Source of the DNA: Bacteroidetes bacterium ADurb.Bin008
Lineage (GTDB): Bacteria > Bacteroidota > Bacteroidia > Bacteroidales > Tenuifilaceae
Direction of reading: 5' to 3'
NCBI GenBank assembly: GCA_002071445.1
Contig: MWFE01000052.1
Coordinates: 95 to 64,094, forward strand
Length of the DNA stretch: 64,000 nt
The position numbers and the translations under genes were made by a program. This document shows, piece after piece, positions 7,739-18,493 of the stretch (position 1 is the first letter of the stretch; every line of letters starts with the position of its first letter). The notes under the pieces are model-generated. The model was given only the letters and a program-made list of their open reading frames with translations. It made no database searches and had not been told where the DNA came from.

Positions 7739-10702
7739 TTGAATATGAAGCAGAAATTTTCTACACTCAGAAGAGTTTCGTATTTTCTGCTGCTCATGCT
7801 GTTTACCACAACGGTATGGGCACAGGAAATTACCGTAACGGGAAGGGTAACCTCTGCCGCAGATGGTGAACCTTTAATTGGAGTTACAGTGGTGGTAAAA
7901 GGTACCACCATAGGCACTAGTACTGATGTAAACGGTTCCTTCTCTATCAAGACAAAAGCGGGATCTACACTGGTATTCTCTTACATCGGTTATAAAACAA
8001 TAGAACTTATAGCCGACGGGAAAAGCCCCGTGAATGTTAGTCTCGAAGACGAATTTGCAACTTTGGAAGAGATTGTTGTGATTGGATACGGTACCGTTAA
8101 AAAGAGTGACGCAACGGGTTCGGTTGCCACTGTGGGCTCCAAAGATTTTAACCTTGGAGCCATCACTTCTCCACAGGCATTGCTCGTGGGGAAATCGGCG
8201 GGAGTCGTTATTTCGGCACCCGATGGCGCACCCGGAAGCGGTTCTCAAATTCGAATCAGGGGTGGTTCATCATTGCATGCCTCCAACGATCCGCTCATTG
8301 TTATTGATGGCGTGCCCATTGACAATAAAAACTTAGCAGGAAGTTCCAACTTCCTCACCCTGGTTAACCCCAACGACATTGAGTCGTTTACCATACTGAA
8401 GGATGCTTCGGCAACCGCAATATACGGTTCGCGTGCCTCCAATGGTGTGATCATTATCACAACTAAAAAAGGACGGATTGGCTCGCCCATGAAGGTTACC
8501 TATGATGTTAACACTTCTCTTTCGGCACCCATGGCCTATTTGCCAGTTTACACCGGTGATGAAATGCGTGCAATCGCGCATGAGTATCCCAATCTGTATG
8601 GTCAAGACGCTTTGGACAGGTTAGGTGATGCCAATACCGATTGGCAACGCGAAATTTTCCGCACAGCGTTGACACAAGATCATAATCTGGGAATAAGCGG
8701 TTCATACAAAACATTGCCCTACAGGGCATCCGTTGGCTACACCATGCAAAATGGGATTCTTCAAAACACGGATATGCAAAGGATTACTGCAGCCCTTAAC
8801 TTAAGCCCCACATTTTTTAATGACGACCTTAAGGTGAATCTCAATGCCAAAGGCATGAACACACACCATAACTATGGTGATTACGGAGCAGTGGGAAGTG
8901 CCATAAGGATGAGCCCCACTCACCCAATAAAGGACGATACTGCTCCGGGCGGATATTTTCAGTGGGAGAACTACGGCGCAAGTCTGGGTACCCCCAATCC
9001 CGTGGAGCAAGCATTGATGGCCGACAACAAATCCATTGTCAACAGGTTCTTGGGCAACGTTCAGTTGGACTATAGGCTTCCCTTTTTACCAAGCATCAAT
9101 GCCAACCTAAACCTGGCCACGGATTATGGTGAGAGTTCGGGGCACAATAATCGCCCGTCAACATCACCCAGTGTCCTATTGCCCTCAGGGCTAACCGAGA
9201 AGGTGGAAAGTTACACAGCCAAAAACGTTAACAATCTGCTGGATTTCTACCTAAATTTTTCTCAAGATTTAGACAAGATAAGCAGCAGGATTGATGCAAT
9301 GGCCGGATACTCATGGCAGTACTTCAAGAATGAGTCAGAAAGTACTAGGAGAGAATCTGATCCCAATCCTTCCGGTTATATTACTGTAGTTAGGCCAACC
9401 ATTAACGAGTTGCAGCTCATTTCCTTCTTTGGCCGTTTAAACTACTCCCTGTTGGATAGATATTTAGTAACGTTCACCCTTCGTAATGACCATTCTTCAA
9501 GGTTTTCACCTGATACTCGATCGGGATTTTTTCCCTCTCTGGCTTTGGCATGGAAAATCAACGAAGAGAGTTTCCTTCGCGATGTTGACCTGGTAACCGA
9601 CCTCAAGTTTAGAATGGGATGGGGCGAAACGGGACAGCAGGATATTATGGGGAACTATTATCCCTACATGTCCACATTCCTTGAGTCCACCCAGGGGTAC
9701 TACTACATGATAGATGGACAACTTGTCCCAACCCTAAGACCCAATGCTTATGATCCCAAAATAAAATGGGAGAAGACCATTACCAAGAATATTGGTTTTG
9801 ATTTTGGTTTCTACAATGATCGTATTACCGGTACTGTTGACCTTTATGAACGCATTACCGAGGATATGATCAATGAAGTAGGGACTCCTACCATGAGCAA
9901 TTTTTCCAACAGGTTATGGACTAACGTAGGTAGTCTCGAAAACAAAGGGGTTGAGACAAGCCTCAATGTCATCCCCATTTCACATAAGGATATGTCATTG
10001 AATATTGGTTTGAACTTCACATACAACAGGAATAAGATTACCAAATTGCTCATTTCCGACGACCCCGATTATCTTTTGCTGTATGGAGATGCCTTTACAG
10101 GGCAAAACCAGGTAACTAAGGTGGGATATCCCATTCGTTCTTTCTTTGTTAATCAGCAGGTATATGATGAGGATGGCAATCCCATAGAGGGTCTATACGT
10201 AGATTTGGCAGGACAAGGAGGCCAAATTGGCGGGGATAACGCCAACAAGTATATTTACAAGGATCCTTCCCCCGATTATTTATTTGGCTTTTCGTTTCGC
10301 TTCAACTACAAACAATTTGATATCATGAGTTCTTCCAGAATCAGCATTGGCAACTATGTTTACAATGCTTTGGCTGCCGGTGCATCACTGGATCAAATGA
10401 GTCAAATTGGATACTGGGTTAATATGCCAACAATGTTAGATGACACTCGTTTCGTTAAGCGACAGTTTACCAGCGACTATTTTGTGGAAAATGGTTCATA
10501 TTGGAAGTTAGACTATTTGGGTGTGGGATATAACATATCCAAAATCTATAAAACCATGAATGCACGGATTGGCTTTACGGTTCAAAACGTATTGACTGTA
10601 ACGAAATATAAAGGCCTTGATCCGGAGGTATCCAATGGAATAGGAAGTGCATTTTACCCTCGTCCCAGAACCTTTATGTTAGGCATTAGCATCAGCTATT
10701 AA
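7739..10702 (+). CDS. susC: SusC/RagA family TonB-linked outer membrane protein
   Basis: Signal peptide. CarboxypepD_reg-like ITVTGRVTSAADGEPLIGVTVVVKGT. Plug region EEIVVIGYGTVKKSDATGSV. Long beta-barrel ending in a terminal aromatic residue. Followed directly by a SusD gene. Confidence 0.92.
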   Translation: MNMKQKFSTLRRVSYFLLLMLFTTTVWAQEITVTGRVTSAADGEPLIGVTVVVKGTTIGTSTDVNGSFSIKTKAGSTLVFSYIGYKTIELIADGKSPVNVSLEDEFATLEEIVVIGYGTVKKSDATGSVATVGSKDFNLGAITSPQALLVGKSAGVVISAPDGAPGSGSQIRIRGGSSLHASNDPLIVIDGVPIDNKNLAGSSNFLTLVNPNDIESFTILKDASATAIYGSRASNGVIIITTKKGRIGSPMKVTYDVNTSLSAPMAYLPVYTGDEMRAIAHEYPNLYGQDALDRLGDANTDWQREIFRTALTQDHNLGISGSYKTLPYRASVGYTMQNGILQNTDMQRITAALNLSPTFFNDDLKVNLNAKGMNTHHNYGDYGAVGSAIRMSPTHPIKDDTAPGGYFQWENYGASLGTPNPVEQALMADNKSIVNRFLGNVQLDYRLPFLPSINANLNLATDYGESSGHNNRPSTSPSVLLPSGLTEKVESYTAKNVNNLLDFYLNFSQDLDKISSRIDAMAGYSWQYFKNESESTRRESDPNPSGYITVVRPTINELQLISFFGRLNYSLLDRYLVTFTLRNDHSSRFSPDTRSGFFPSLALAWKINEESFLRDVDLVTDLKFRMGWGETGQQDIMGNYYPYMSTFLESTQGYYYMIDGQLVPTLRPNAYDPKIKWEKTITKNIGFDFGFYNDRITGTVDLYERITEDMINEVGTPTMSNFSNRLWTNVGSLENKGVETSLNVIPISHKDMSLNIGLNFTYNRNKITKLLISDDPDYLLLYGDAFTGQNQVTKVGYPIRSFFVNQQVYDEDGNPIEGLYVDLAGQGGQIGGDNANKYIYKDPSPDYLFGFSFRFNYKQFDIMSSSRISIGNYVYNALAAGASLDQMSQIGYWVNMPTMLDDTRFVKRQFTSDYFVENGSYWKLDYLGVGYNISKIYKTMNARIGFTVQNVLTVTKYKGLDPEVSNGIGSAFYPRPRTFMLGISISY

Positions 10703-10722
10703 TCATATAAACCCTTAAAAAA

Positions 10723-12357
10723 ATGAAAAACAAGATAATAATCATTGCAGTTACTCTTTCCATGGTACTCACAGTATCATGCATGAAAGATCTGGATTTA
10801 ATTCCAAAGGACCCCAATACTGTGATGTCCGGAAATGTTAGCGACAACCCTGAATATATTAGGCAATACCTGGCAAAAATTTACGCAAGTTTTCTGATCT
10901 CCGGACAAGACGGCGGTTCTCCCGATATTGCTGCATCAGACCCCAACTTTTTCACCACCATGCGTGCCTTCTGGAATCTTCAAGAGCTTCCTACAGACGA
11001 GGCCATGTGTGCATGGGGTGATGTGGGTATAGCTGACCTCAATACGCAAACCTGGAGTGCCAGTAATCCGTTCCTCACAGCCCTATACCAGCGTTTGGGG
11101 CTTTCCATTACCTTCGCCAATGATTTCATCAAAATGACAGCTGGCAACTCCGATGAAAAGATTGCCAGATACAATGCTGAAGCGCGTTTTCTCAGAGCAT
11201 TGGCCTATTACTGGTATCTCGACCTATTTGGAAACCCCCCATTTACCACTGAAAAAGATGGTGTGGGAAGTTTCTTTCCCAGGCAACTGGATGAAAATTT
11301 CAACACCGGGCGTAAAATGCTTTTCAACTATATTGCCTCTGAGCTGAAAGCCATTGAGACCCTACTTGGCGATCCCGGCTTTCAATATCCGCAGGCTGAT
11401 AAGGCTGCTGCCTGGATGTTACTGGCTCGACTTTACTTAAATGCAGAGGTTTACACCGGTACCGCTAAATGGGATAGTTGCATCATTTATACCAACAGGG
11501 TGATTAACTCCGGCAAGTATTCCCTTGCCTCTGACTATCGCAAAAACTTTTGTGCAGATAATGATGGCCCGTCAAACTCTGAAATGATTTTTTCATGGGC
11601 ACATGATGGTCACAACACCAATGGTTGGGTGGGTACCACATTCATCATTCAGTCCTGTAGTGACCCTGTTTACCTTCCCTCTGAGGTATTTCACGGTTTG
11701 ACCGATAATCCCAATTGGAATGGTAATAGGGCTAGGATACAATTTCTTGATATCATGATTGACACCATTGCTACCTATGGGAATAATCCCGTACCCTGGG
11801 ATGATGACCCATTCTTCGAGGCAAGCAATGACAACCGTGTTTACCTCAGGGTTAAAAAGAGCCCATACATTCCCAGCCCCGGTTCCTCGGGCGATTATGG
11901 GATAGGCGTTTATAAGTTTACTGCTAAACTTTCTGACGGAACATTCCCTGCATCATTCAATATTTCATTTGCCAATACTGATTTCCCTGTATTTCGCTAT
12001 GCCGATGCCCTATTAATGCGTGCAGAGGCCAATTTCAGGCTGAACAATCCGGACGATGCCGTAACAGATATTAATCTGATTAGGGAAAGGGCTTTTGGCA
12101 ATACTTCAGGAAATATTACCACTGCAGAATTGAACGAAAAATTCTTGCTGGATGAACGTGCCAGAGAGTTCTACTACGAGGCGCACAGAAGAACAGATTT
12201 GATACGTTTCGGACAGTTCACCGACGGATCTTACACATGGGCATGGAAAGGCGGAGTGATGGAAGGCGCGCAAACAAGTAATTATAGAAATGTGTATCCC
12301 ATTCCAGCTGAAGAAATTGCAGCGAATCCATACCTAAAACAAAACCCATCATACTAA
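10723..12357 (+). CDS. susD: SusD/RagB family nutrient-binding outer membrane lipoprotein
   Basis: Lipoprotein signal (LTVSC). SusD-type C-terminal motifs FPVFRYADALLMRAEA and RAREFYYEAHRRTDLIRF. Confidence 0.92.
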   Translation: MKNKIIIIAVTLSMVLTVSCMKDLDLIPKDPNTVMSGNVSDNPEYIRQYLAKIYASFLISGQDGGSPDIAASDPNFFTTMRAFWNLQELPTDEAMCAWGDVGIADLNTQTWSASNPFLTALYQRLGLSITFANDFIKMTAGNSDEKIARYNAEARFLRALAYYWYLDLFGNPPFTTEKDGVGSFFPRQLDENFNTGRKMLFNYIASELKAIETLLGDPGFQYPQADKAAAWMLLARLYLNAEVYTGTAKWDSCIIYTNRVINSGKYSLASDYRKNFCADNDGPSNSEMIFSWAHDGHNTNGWVGTTFIIQSCSDPVYLPSEVFHGLTDNPNWNGNRARIQFLDIMIDTIATYGNNPVPWDDDPFFEASNDNRVYLRVKKSPYIPSPGSSGDYGIGVYKFTAKLSDGTFPASFNISFANTDFPVFRYADALLMRAEANFRLNNPDDAVTDINLIRERAFGNTSGNITTAELNEKFLLDERAREFYYEAHRRTDLIRFGQFTDGSYTWAWKGGVMEGAQTSNYRNVYPIPAEEIAANPYLKQNPSY

Positions 12358-12374
12358 CATTAAACCTGAATAAA

Positions 12375-13493
12375 ATGAAAATCAAATCATTCATAGCAAT
12401 AGGCATAATAGGTCTGCTGATTGGGTTGACAGGGTGCGAAAAAGATGAGAACAGGGTTATTTTGACCGATCCTGTAAAACCCCAACTCAAAACAGTTCCC
12501 GATTTGACACTGCTTGAAGAAAATGAAGCAGACACTCTTGTGTTTGTTGGCACTCCACTTGACCCCGGGTTTACTGCATCAATAATTTATTCGCTTGAGA
12601 CCTGCGAAACCGGAAATAACTTTGCCAACAAGATAACCCTCTTCTCCGATATACAGGATGAAAGGATGACGGTTAAGGTAGGATTTCTTAATAATCTGCT
12701 CCTAGCTAATTATGAAGCCAATACTCCTCTGTCATTTGATTTTAGAATAAAAGCTGTACTGGTTAGAGATGCTGGAACAGGAGTTAATCCAATGGAGTAT
12801 TTTTCAGACGTGGTTAGCGCCACAGTAACCCTATACGAAACCGTTCTGGCTCCTATTAATCCAATTTATCTGCTTGGCGATGCCACAGAAGCTGGCTGGA
12901 ATAATAACGCAGCCTTGGAGATGACGCACGTAAAAGACGGGCTGTTTGAAATTACTGCTACTCTCAACGAAACAGGTGATTGGATTAAGTTCATTTCCGA
13001 ATTAGGAAAATGGGCGCCACAATGGGGAACCGATGATTCCGGAACTTGGGAAGCAGGGCCTCTGGTTTACAGACCCACAGAATCCGTTCCAGACCCGAAA
13101 GCAATTCCTGCACCACACGTAGCCGGAGATTATCTGATACAAGCCGATACGGCAAAACTGGAGTATACCGTTACTCCCGCAACCGCTAAACTGTTTGTTT
13201 ACGGTAGTGCTACCGATGCGGGATTGGATTATTCAAATGCTCTGCCAATGGTTAAGACTGGTGTTTTAACGTTTGAAACCTCTGTTTACCTCAAGGGTGG
13301 AGATAACTATTCGTTTGGTTTTATCACAAGCCAAAGTGAATCATCACCCCGGTACATGCTATCGGAGAAAGGCAAACTGACATATGTATCTCAGGAAGCC
13401 AATGAGAGATTGATTCCCGGGCCAACGGAAGAGGGATGGTACATGGTGAAGGTTGACCTGATTAAACGCAGCTACTCTCTGATGAAAAAATAA
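12375..13493 (+). CDS. SusE/SusF-like outer membrane starch-binding lipoprotein
   Basis: Lipoprotein signal (LTGC). SusE-like N-terminal domain followed by LLGDATEAGWNNN-type CBM-like repeats. It occupies the third position of the Sus-like operon. Confidence 0.7.
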   Translation: MKIKSFIAIGIIGLLIGLTGCEKDENRVILTDPVKPQLKTVPDLTLLEENEADTLVFVGTPLDPGFTASIIYSLETCETGNNFANKITLFSDIQDERMTVKVGFLNNLLLANYEANTPLSFDFRIKAVLVRDAGTGVNPMEYFSDVVSATVTLYETVLAPINPIYLLGDATEAGWNNNAALEMTHVKDGLFEITATLNETGDWIKFISELGKWAPQWGTDDSGTWEAGPLVYRPTESVPDPKAIPAPHVAGDYLIQADTAKLEYTVTPATAKLFVYGSATDAGLDYSNALPMVKTGVLTFETSVYLKGGDNYSFGFITSQSESSPRYMLSEKGKLTYVSQEANERLIPGPTEEGWYMVKVDLIKRSYSLMKK

Positions 13494-13514
13494 ACCCTTG
13501 ATATGTTAAATAGA

Positions 13515-13549
13515 TTTACCCAGAGCATTTTGCTCTGGGTAAATTTTTT
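13515..13549 (+). terminator. Rho-independent terminator after the SusE/F-like gene
   Basis: Perfect 12-bp stem tttacccagagc / gctctgggtaaa, a 5-nt loop, then tttttt. Confidence 0.8.
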
Positions 13550-13591
13550 CAAAACATTAACTCTTAAATCTGTTTGAATCACCTTATTGAC

Positions 13592-13623
13592 ATTGAAAAA
13601 ACATGATTCAATGTTTATCTTTG
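13592..13623 (+). promoter_or_regulatory. Candidate promoter of the GH13 gene (aTTG-N20-TATCTTTG)
   Basis: TATCTTTG at 13616-13623 matches the Bacteroidota -7 consensus TAnnTTTG. A partial -33 (ATTG) lies 20 nt upstream. The box is 41 nt before the ATG at 13664. Confidence 0.45.
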
Positions 13624-13663
13624 CATAGATATAGTTTTTTATATTCTTAAAAAGTTGATTGCC

Positions 13664-16477
13664 ATGAAAAAGCCCACTACATTACTCACAATTATTCTAT
13701 CCCTGGTTTTGCCTTTCATGGGCATTCATGCTCAGGTAATAACCACCACCCCTGCCCTTCCAACGGCTTCCGATTCGGTTATCCTTGTTTTTAATGCCAC
13801 ATTGGGTGGTGGTGGCATGGCCGGATATACCGGCGACGTTTACACCCATACGGGAATCACAATTGGTAATAACCAATGGCAATACGTTATCGGACAGTGG
13901 GGGGACAACAACACTCAGCCAAAGTTGACAAGAATAGGTACTGATCTGTACGAACTAAAAATCAAGCCGAGTATTAGGGAGTTTTACAATGCTCCGGAAA
14001 ATGCCAATATCACCCAAATGTGCTTTGTGTTCAGGGGGAGTGATGGTTCGCCTCAGACCGAAGACCTCTTTGTAGATGTAGTGGAGGAAGGGCTTAACGT
14101 GTCCATTAGCTATCCCATTTGGAGCCATCCCTTTTATAATTACGGTTCAACGTTAACCATTGAAGCTCAGGCCAACAATTCCGATAACATTACGATTTAC
14201 GTTAATAATATTGAAGTTGCCAGCACTACCGATGAAACCATTACGCATCAATATGAAATTGATGAGTACGGTAAGCAGTGGGTAAAGGCAGTAGCCACAT
14301 CAGGCGATGAAACCGCCGCCGACTCTGTTTACTTTTACGTAAGTGGCGAAACTCCTGTAGCAGCACTACCCGAGGGTTTGCTTCCCGGCATTAACATAAC
14401 CGGCGAGAATGAAGTAACCCTTGTTCTTCACGATCCTCCGGCGTTGAAAGAGTTTGTATTTGTCATAGGTGATTTTAACCAATGGGAATTGGACGATGCA
14501 TACAATATGAACCGCACGCCTGACGGAATCTACTATTGGCTTACGATTTCGGGACTTAATCCAAACCTGGAGTACATATACCAGTATTGGGTTGATGGCG
14601 AATTGAAGTTGGCCGATCCCTACTGCAATAAAATAAGCGATCCCTGGAACGATAAGTGGATCAGCGAAACTAATTACCCCAACCTTATTCCCTATCCCGA
14701 AGGAAAAACTACTGGCGTTGCCTCGGTATTCCAGGTTAATCCTGATCCTTTCGAATGGGAAATCGAAGATTTTCTACCTCCTGCAAATGAGGACTTGATT
14801 ATCTACGAAATGCACATCCGTGATTTTGTAGCGGGTGATTACATCATCTCCGCTTTGGAAAAATTGGACTATTTACAAACGTTGGGCATAAATGCCATAG
14901 AGTTAATGCCCATCAACGAGTTTGAGGGCAACGATAGTTGGGGCTATAATCCCAGTTTCTACTTTGCCCCCGACAAGGCATATGGAACCCCAAATGATTA
15001 CAAACTATTCATTGATGAATGCCACAAGCGCGGTATAGCCGTGATAATCGATATGGTATTGAACCATACCTTCGGGCTTTCGCCCATGGTTCAGATGTAT
15101 TTCGACCCCAATGCCGGTGAATGGGGTCAGCCAACAGCCGATAACCCCTGGTACAATGAAACATGCCCTCACCCACCGTGGTGCTGGGGCTACGATTTCA
15201 ATCACGAAAGCATACATACAAAAAACTTCATTGACAGGGTGGCGAAGTACTGGCTTACTGAGTTTAAAGTGGATGGCTTTCGCTTGGACTTTACCAAAGG
15301 TTTTACCAACATCAATACCGCTGGTGATGGATGGAACTACAATTCGCAAAGAATAGCCATACTTAAACGCTATGCCGACTATATTTGGAGTGTAAACCCC
15401 AAGGCTTATGTGATCCTTGAACACTTTACTGCCAACGATGAAGAGAAGGAGCTGGCCGAATACAGAAGCGACGAAGGCAAAGGGATGATGTTATGGGGAA
15501 ATATTAACTACGCCTATAACGAAGCCAGCATGGGCTGGCTAAACAGCTCCAATTTCGACTGGGTTTCGTACAAAAAAAGAGGCTGGAATGTTCCTAACCT
15601 CATTGGCTATATGGAAAGCCATGACGAGGAGCGTTTAATGTATAAAAACATAACCTATGGCAATAGTACCAACCCTGACCACAACATCAAAAAATTAGAA
15701 ATTGCCCTAAAAAGGCAAAAACTTGTAGGTGCCTTTTTCTTCACCATCCCCGGACCAAAGATGATTTGGCAATTTGGAGAACTTGGGTATGATGTTTCCA
15801 TTGAATACAACGGACGAGTAGGTCGTAAACCCATACGCTGGAATTACTACGATGTACCTGAAAGGCGCAGTCTATACAACACATGGGCAGAATTGATTGC
15901 CCTGCGCAAAGGGCTACCCGTTTTCAGCACCGATAACTTTTCCCTTTCGTTAGACGGAGCCGGTAAAACCATCATTCTGCACCACAACGATATGGACGTG
16001 CTGATAGTTGGCAATTTCGATATAGCGGGAAAGAATATCAATGTAACTTTCCCAAGTTCAGGCAAATGGTATGAGTATTTCACCCAAAGTGAGGTCAATT
16101 TTGAAACTGCTGCACAGACCCTTACCATGCAACCGGGTGAATATAGGCTCTACTCCACTGTGTACATCAATCGCGATGACTATGCCGTTGGCATCAGCGA
16201 AAATACCATTGATGGCAACCAAGGTCATGTAAACGTATGGCCAAATCCATTTGATGATCATCTGGAAATATTAGTCAATACCGATGCACTGGAGCCCTAT
16301 AGTGTGAAACTGATGGATGTGAGCGGAAGGTTATTGGGCACTGTTGCCGAGGGAACCCTTACGCCTGGCGCCAATTCTGTGTTTTGGCGAAGGAATATCA
16401 ATCTCCCTAAAGGAGTTTACATTCTCTCGGTCCAAACGGCCTCGTGGCAAAAAGCTGTGAGAGTTTGTCAATACTAA
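13664..16477 (+). CDS. GH13 alpha-amylase family enzyme with N-terminal accessory/E-set domains and a T9SS C-terminal sorting domain
   Basis: GH13 conserved regions VIIDMVLNHT, GFRLDFTKG, ILEHF and YMESHDE. SPI signal MKKPTTLLTIILSLVLPFMGIHAQ. C-terminus VWPNPFDDHLEI...KGVYILSVQT resembles the Por secretion tail. Start moved to the ATG at 13664. Confidence 0.88.
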   Translation: MKKPTTLLTIILSLVLPFMGIHAQVITTTPALPTASDSVILVFNATLGGGGMAGYTGDVYTHTGITIGNNQWQYVIGQWGDNNTQPKLTRIGTDLYELKIKPSIREFYNAPENANITQMCFVFRGSDGSPQTEDLFVDVVEEGLNVSISYPIWSHPFYNYGSTLTIEAQANNSDNITIYVNNIEVASTTDETITHQYEIDEYGKQWVKAVATSGDETAADSVYFYVSGETPVAALPEGLLPGINITGENEVTLVLHDPPALKEFVFVIGDFNQWELDDAYNMNRTPDGIYYWLTISGLNPNLEYIYQYWVDGELKLADPYCNKISDPWNDKWISETNYPNLIPYPEGKTTGVASVFQVNPDPFEWEIEDFLPPANEDLIIYEMHIRDFVAGDYIISALEKLDYLQTLGINAIELMPINEFEGNDSWGYNPSFYFAPDKAYGTPNDYKLFIDECHKRGIAVIIDMVLNHTFGLSPMVQMYFDPNAGEWGQPTADNPWYNETCPHPPWCWGYDFNHESIHTKNFIDRVAKYWLTEFKVDGFRLDFTKGFTNINTAGDGWNYNSQRIAILKRYADYIWSVNPKAYVILEHFTANDEEKELAEYRSDEGKGMMLWGNINYAYNEASMGWLNSSNFDWVSYKKRGWNVPNLIGYMESHDEERLMYKNITYGNSTNPDHNIKKLEIALKRQKLVGAFFFTIPGPKMIWQFGELGYDVSIEYNGRVGRKPIRWNYYDVPERRSLYNTWAELIALRKGLPVFSTDNFSLSLDGAGKTIILHHNDMDVLIVGNFDIAGKNINVTFPSSGKWYEYFTQSEVNFETAAQTLTMQPGEYRLYSTVYINRDDYAVGISENTIDGNQGHVNVWPNPFDDHLEILVNTDALEPYSVKLMDVSGRLLGTVAEGTLTPGANSVFWRRNINLPKGVYILSVQTASWQKAVRVCQY

Positions 16478-16499
16478 TCTGGCGTTTACACGCTGTTGT

Positions 16500-16537
16500 A
16501 CCGGTTAGCGCAAATTGCTAACCGGTTTTTTATTTTT
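16500..16537 (+). terminator. Rho-independent terminator after the GH13 gene
   Basis: Perfect 10-bp stem accggttagc / gctaaccggt, a 7-nt loop, then tttttatttttat. Confidence 0.85.
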
Positions 16538-16578
16538 ATACTCAATTCATGCTATATTCGAACTTTCTTAATTCCCAT

Positions 16579-17697
16579 ATGAATTGGCTTAAACGGTTTA
16601 TTGCAATTGCCATTGTACTTACCACCCATAATGGTTATAGCAACCATGTTATTGGCTTTCAAACCGATTCAACCATTCAAAGGGGCAAGGTTGGAGTAAA
16701 CCTTATTTCGGGAGTATTAATGTATCATCATAAGGAGATGATGGTTCTACTCGAGAAACCGGTGAATGCCATTGAACTATCGTGGATATTGGTTGGTAAT
16801 GGTGATAAGCTATGGCACAGGGTATACCACTATCCCGAATATGGTTTGTCATACTTGTTGATGGATTTAGGAAGTCCTTCCATACTTGGATATTCTCATG
16901 GTTTACAGCCTTTCATCAATTTCCCTATTTCCCCTTTCAACCGTAAGTTTTCTGCAGGATTTCGTGTTGGTTCAGGCTTGACATATATTACGAAGACATA
17001 TCATCGAACCGATAATTTTAAGAATTCTGCCATTTCAACACACATTAACGCCTTGATCTCTTTTAACCTTGAGGGGCGATATGCGTTAACTAACAGTTTG
17101 ACACTTCGAGCCGGTTTACAGTTAACGCACATTTCTAATGGTACGTACAAAAAGCCCAATTCAGGACTCAATTACACCACGGCATCATGTGGACTTACCT
17201 ACTGCTATAGCCATCAGAATATCAGCAACAGGCTTTTCCATAGTTTCGCCGATAGGCCAAACCGCATTCAGGTGTTTGGATACGGCTCCATTAAGGAGGT
17301 TAAGGGCGCCGGAGGGCCTAAGTATAGAGTTGCAGCCCTGTCGGCCGAATATTCGCGCCCCATAACAACGCTGTGGCGATATGGAGTCGCTTTGGATGTG
17401 ATGTACGATGAATCGTCTGCTTTTATCATGGAATACAAGGAGTTACCCTATGATACTAAGTGGCAAACCGTTAGTTCGGGAATCACGTTGAATACTGAGA
17501 TTTTGCTGGATAGGCTCTCTGCAGTGGTTCATTTTGGGAAGTACATAAAAAATCCTGACCGCGAAGGCGGTGCAGTTTACCAAAGAATTGGTCTAAGATA
17601 TAGGGCAAGTAATATTCTATGGTTGCATTTAGCACTCAAAACACACTGGGGATCTGCTGATTACATTGAAATGGGGTTGGGTTATAAAATTTTCTAA
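16579..17697 (+). CDS. Acyloxyacyl hydrolase / PagL-like outer membrane protein (tentative)
   Basis: Signal-like N-terminus, beta-strand-rich sequence, and an LTHISNG motif resembling the His-x-Ser-Asn-Gly site of lipid A deacylase-like proteins. Start uncertain (16549 or 16579). Confidence 0.5.
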   Translation: MNWLKRFIAIAIVLTTHNGYSNHVIGFQTDSTIQRGKVGVNLISGVLMYHHKEMMVLLEKPVNAIELSWILVGNGDKLWHRVYHYPEYGLSYLLMDLGSPSILGYSHGLQPFINFPISPFNRKFSAGFRVGSGLTYITKTYHRTDNFKNSAISTHINALISFNLEGRYALTNSLTLRAGLQLTHISNGTYKKPNSGLNYTTASCGLTYCYSHQNISNRLFHSFADRPNRIQVFGYGSIKEVKGAGGPKYRVAALSAEYSRPITTLWRYGVALDVMYDESSAFIMEYKELPYDTKWQTVSSGITLNTEILLDRLSAVVHFGKYIKNPDREGGAVYQRIGLRYRASNILWLHLALKTHWGSADYIEMGLGYKIF

Positions 17698-17699
17698 GT

Positions 17700-18440
17700 A
17701 TGAACAAACTTATTGCATTTCTTCCCGTATTGGTCATCGCGCTGATGTCGTGTGACAGCGAATCAGCATGGGATATATTTAAAACGGCAGGCAAAACCAT
17801 ATCTGAAGAGCGTGATGTTGAACCATTTGGCAAGATAGAACTGCTCGACAGGGTGAACCTGGAAATCTTTCAGGATACGATGTACAAACTCGTTTTAACA
17901 GGACCACAGAATCTATTGCCAAAAATTAGCACACGGGTTGAGAATGGCACATTAACCATCACGGATAACAATACTTTTAACTGGGTTAGAGATTATGAAC
18001 ATAGGGTAACTGCCAGAGTACATGTGGAACATCTCGATAGAATTTACTATGAGGGTATTGGGAATATAAGCACCTCCAACAGGTTGACTGGTGATACGCT
18101 GATAATTAGGTCTTACCAAAGTTCGGGAAGTATAGATCTGGATGTAACCCTGAAGTATTTTCACTGCTATTTTGACCAAAGTTTGGTGGATTTACATATT
18201 GCAGGCACTGCAAACAGGGTTCATGCTCAAATAAATGGCACAGGATTTCTTTACTGCCACGAGTTGATAACTCCCCATTGTATAGCCTTCAACCAGGGAG
18301 CAGGCGATATCTATGTATACGCCTCCAACTATTTACACGGAATTATTGAGGGCTCGGGAAATGTTTTCTATACCGGAAATCCATCCAGCACAGAATTCAG
18401 ATACATTGGAAGGGGTAGCGGTCGTTTTATTCCATTCTAA
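17700..18440 (+). CDS. DUF2807 / head GIN domain-containing lipoprotein
   Basis: Lipoprotein signal (LMSC). Repeated beta-helix-like segments. C-terminal GSGNVFYTGNPS motif typical of DUF2807. Confidence 0.6.
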   Translation: MNKLIAFLPVLVIALMSCDSESAWDIFKTAGKTISEERDVEPFGKIELLDRVNLEIFQDTMYKLVLTGPQNLLPKISTRVENGTLTITDNNTFNWVRDYEHRVTARVHVEHLDRIYYEGIGNISTSNRLTGDTLIIRSYQSSGSIDLDVTLKYFHCYFDQSLVDLHIAGTANRVHAQINGTGFLYCHELITPHCIAFNQGAGDIYVYASNYLHGIIEGSGNVFYTGNPSSTEFRYIGRGSGRFIPF

Positions 18441-18493
18441 CGACAACTACCCCTGCGCTGCATGTTTATGAACGAGTATGAAATGCATGTCCG

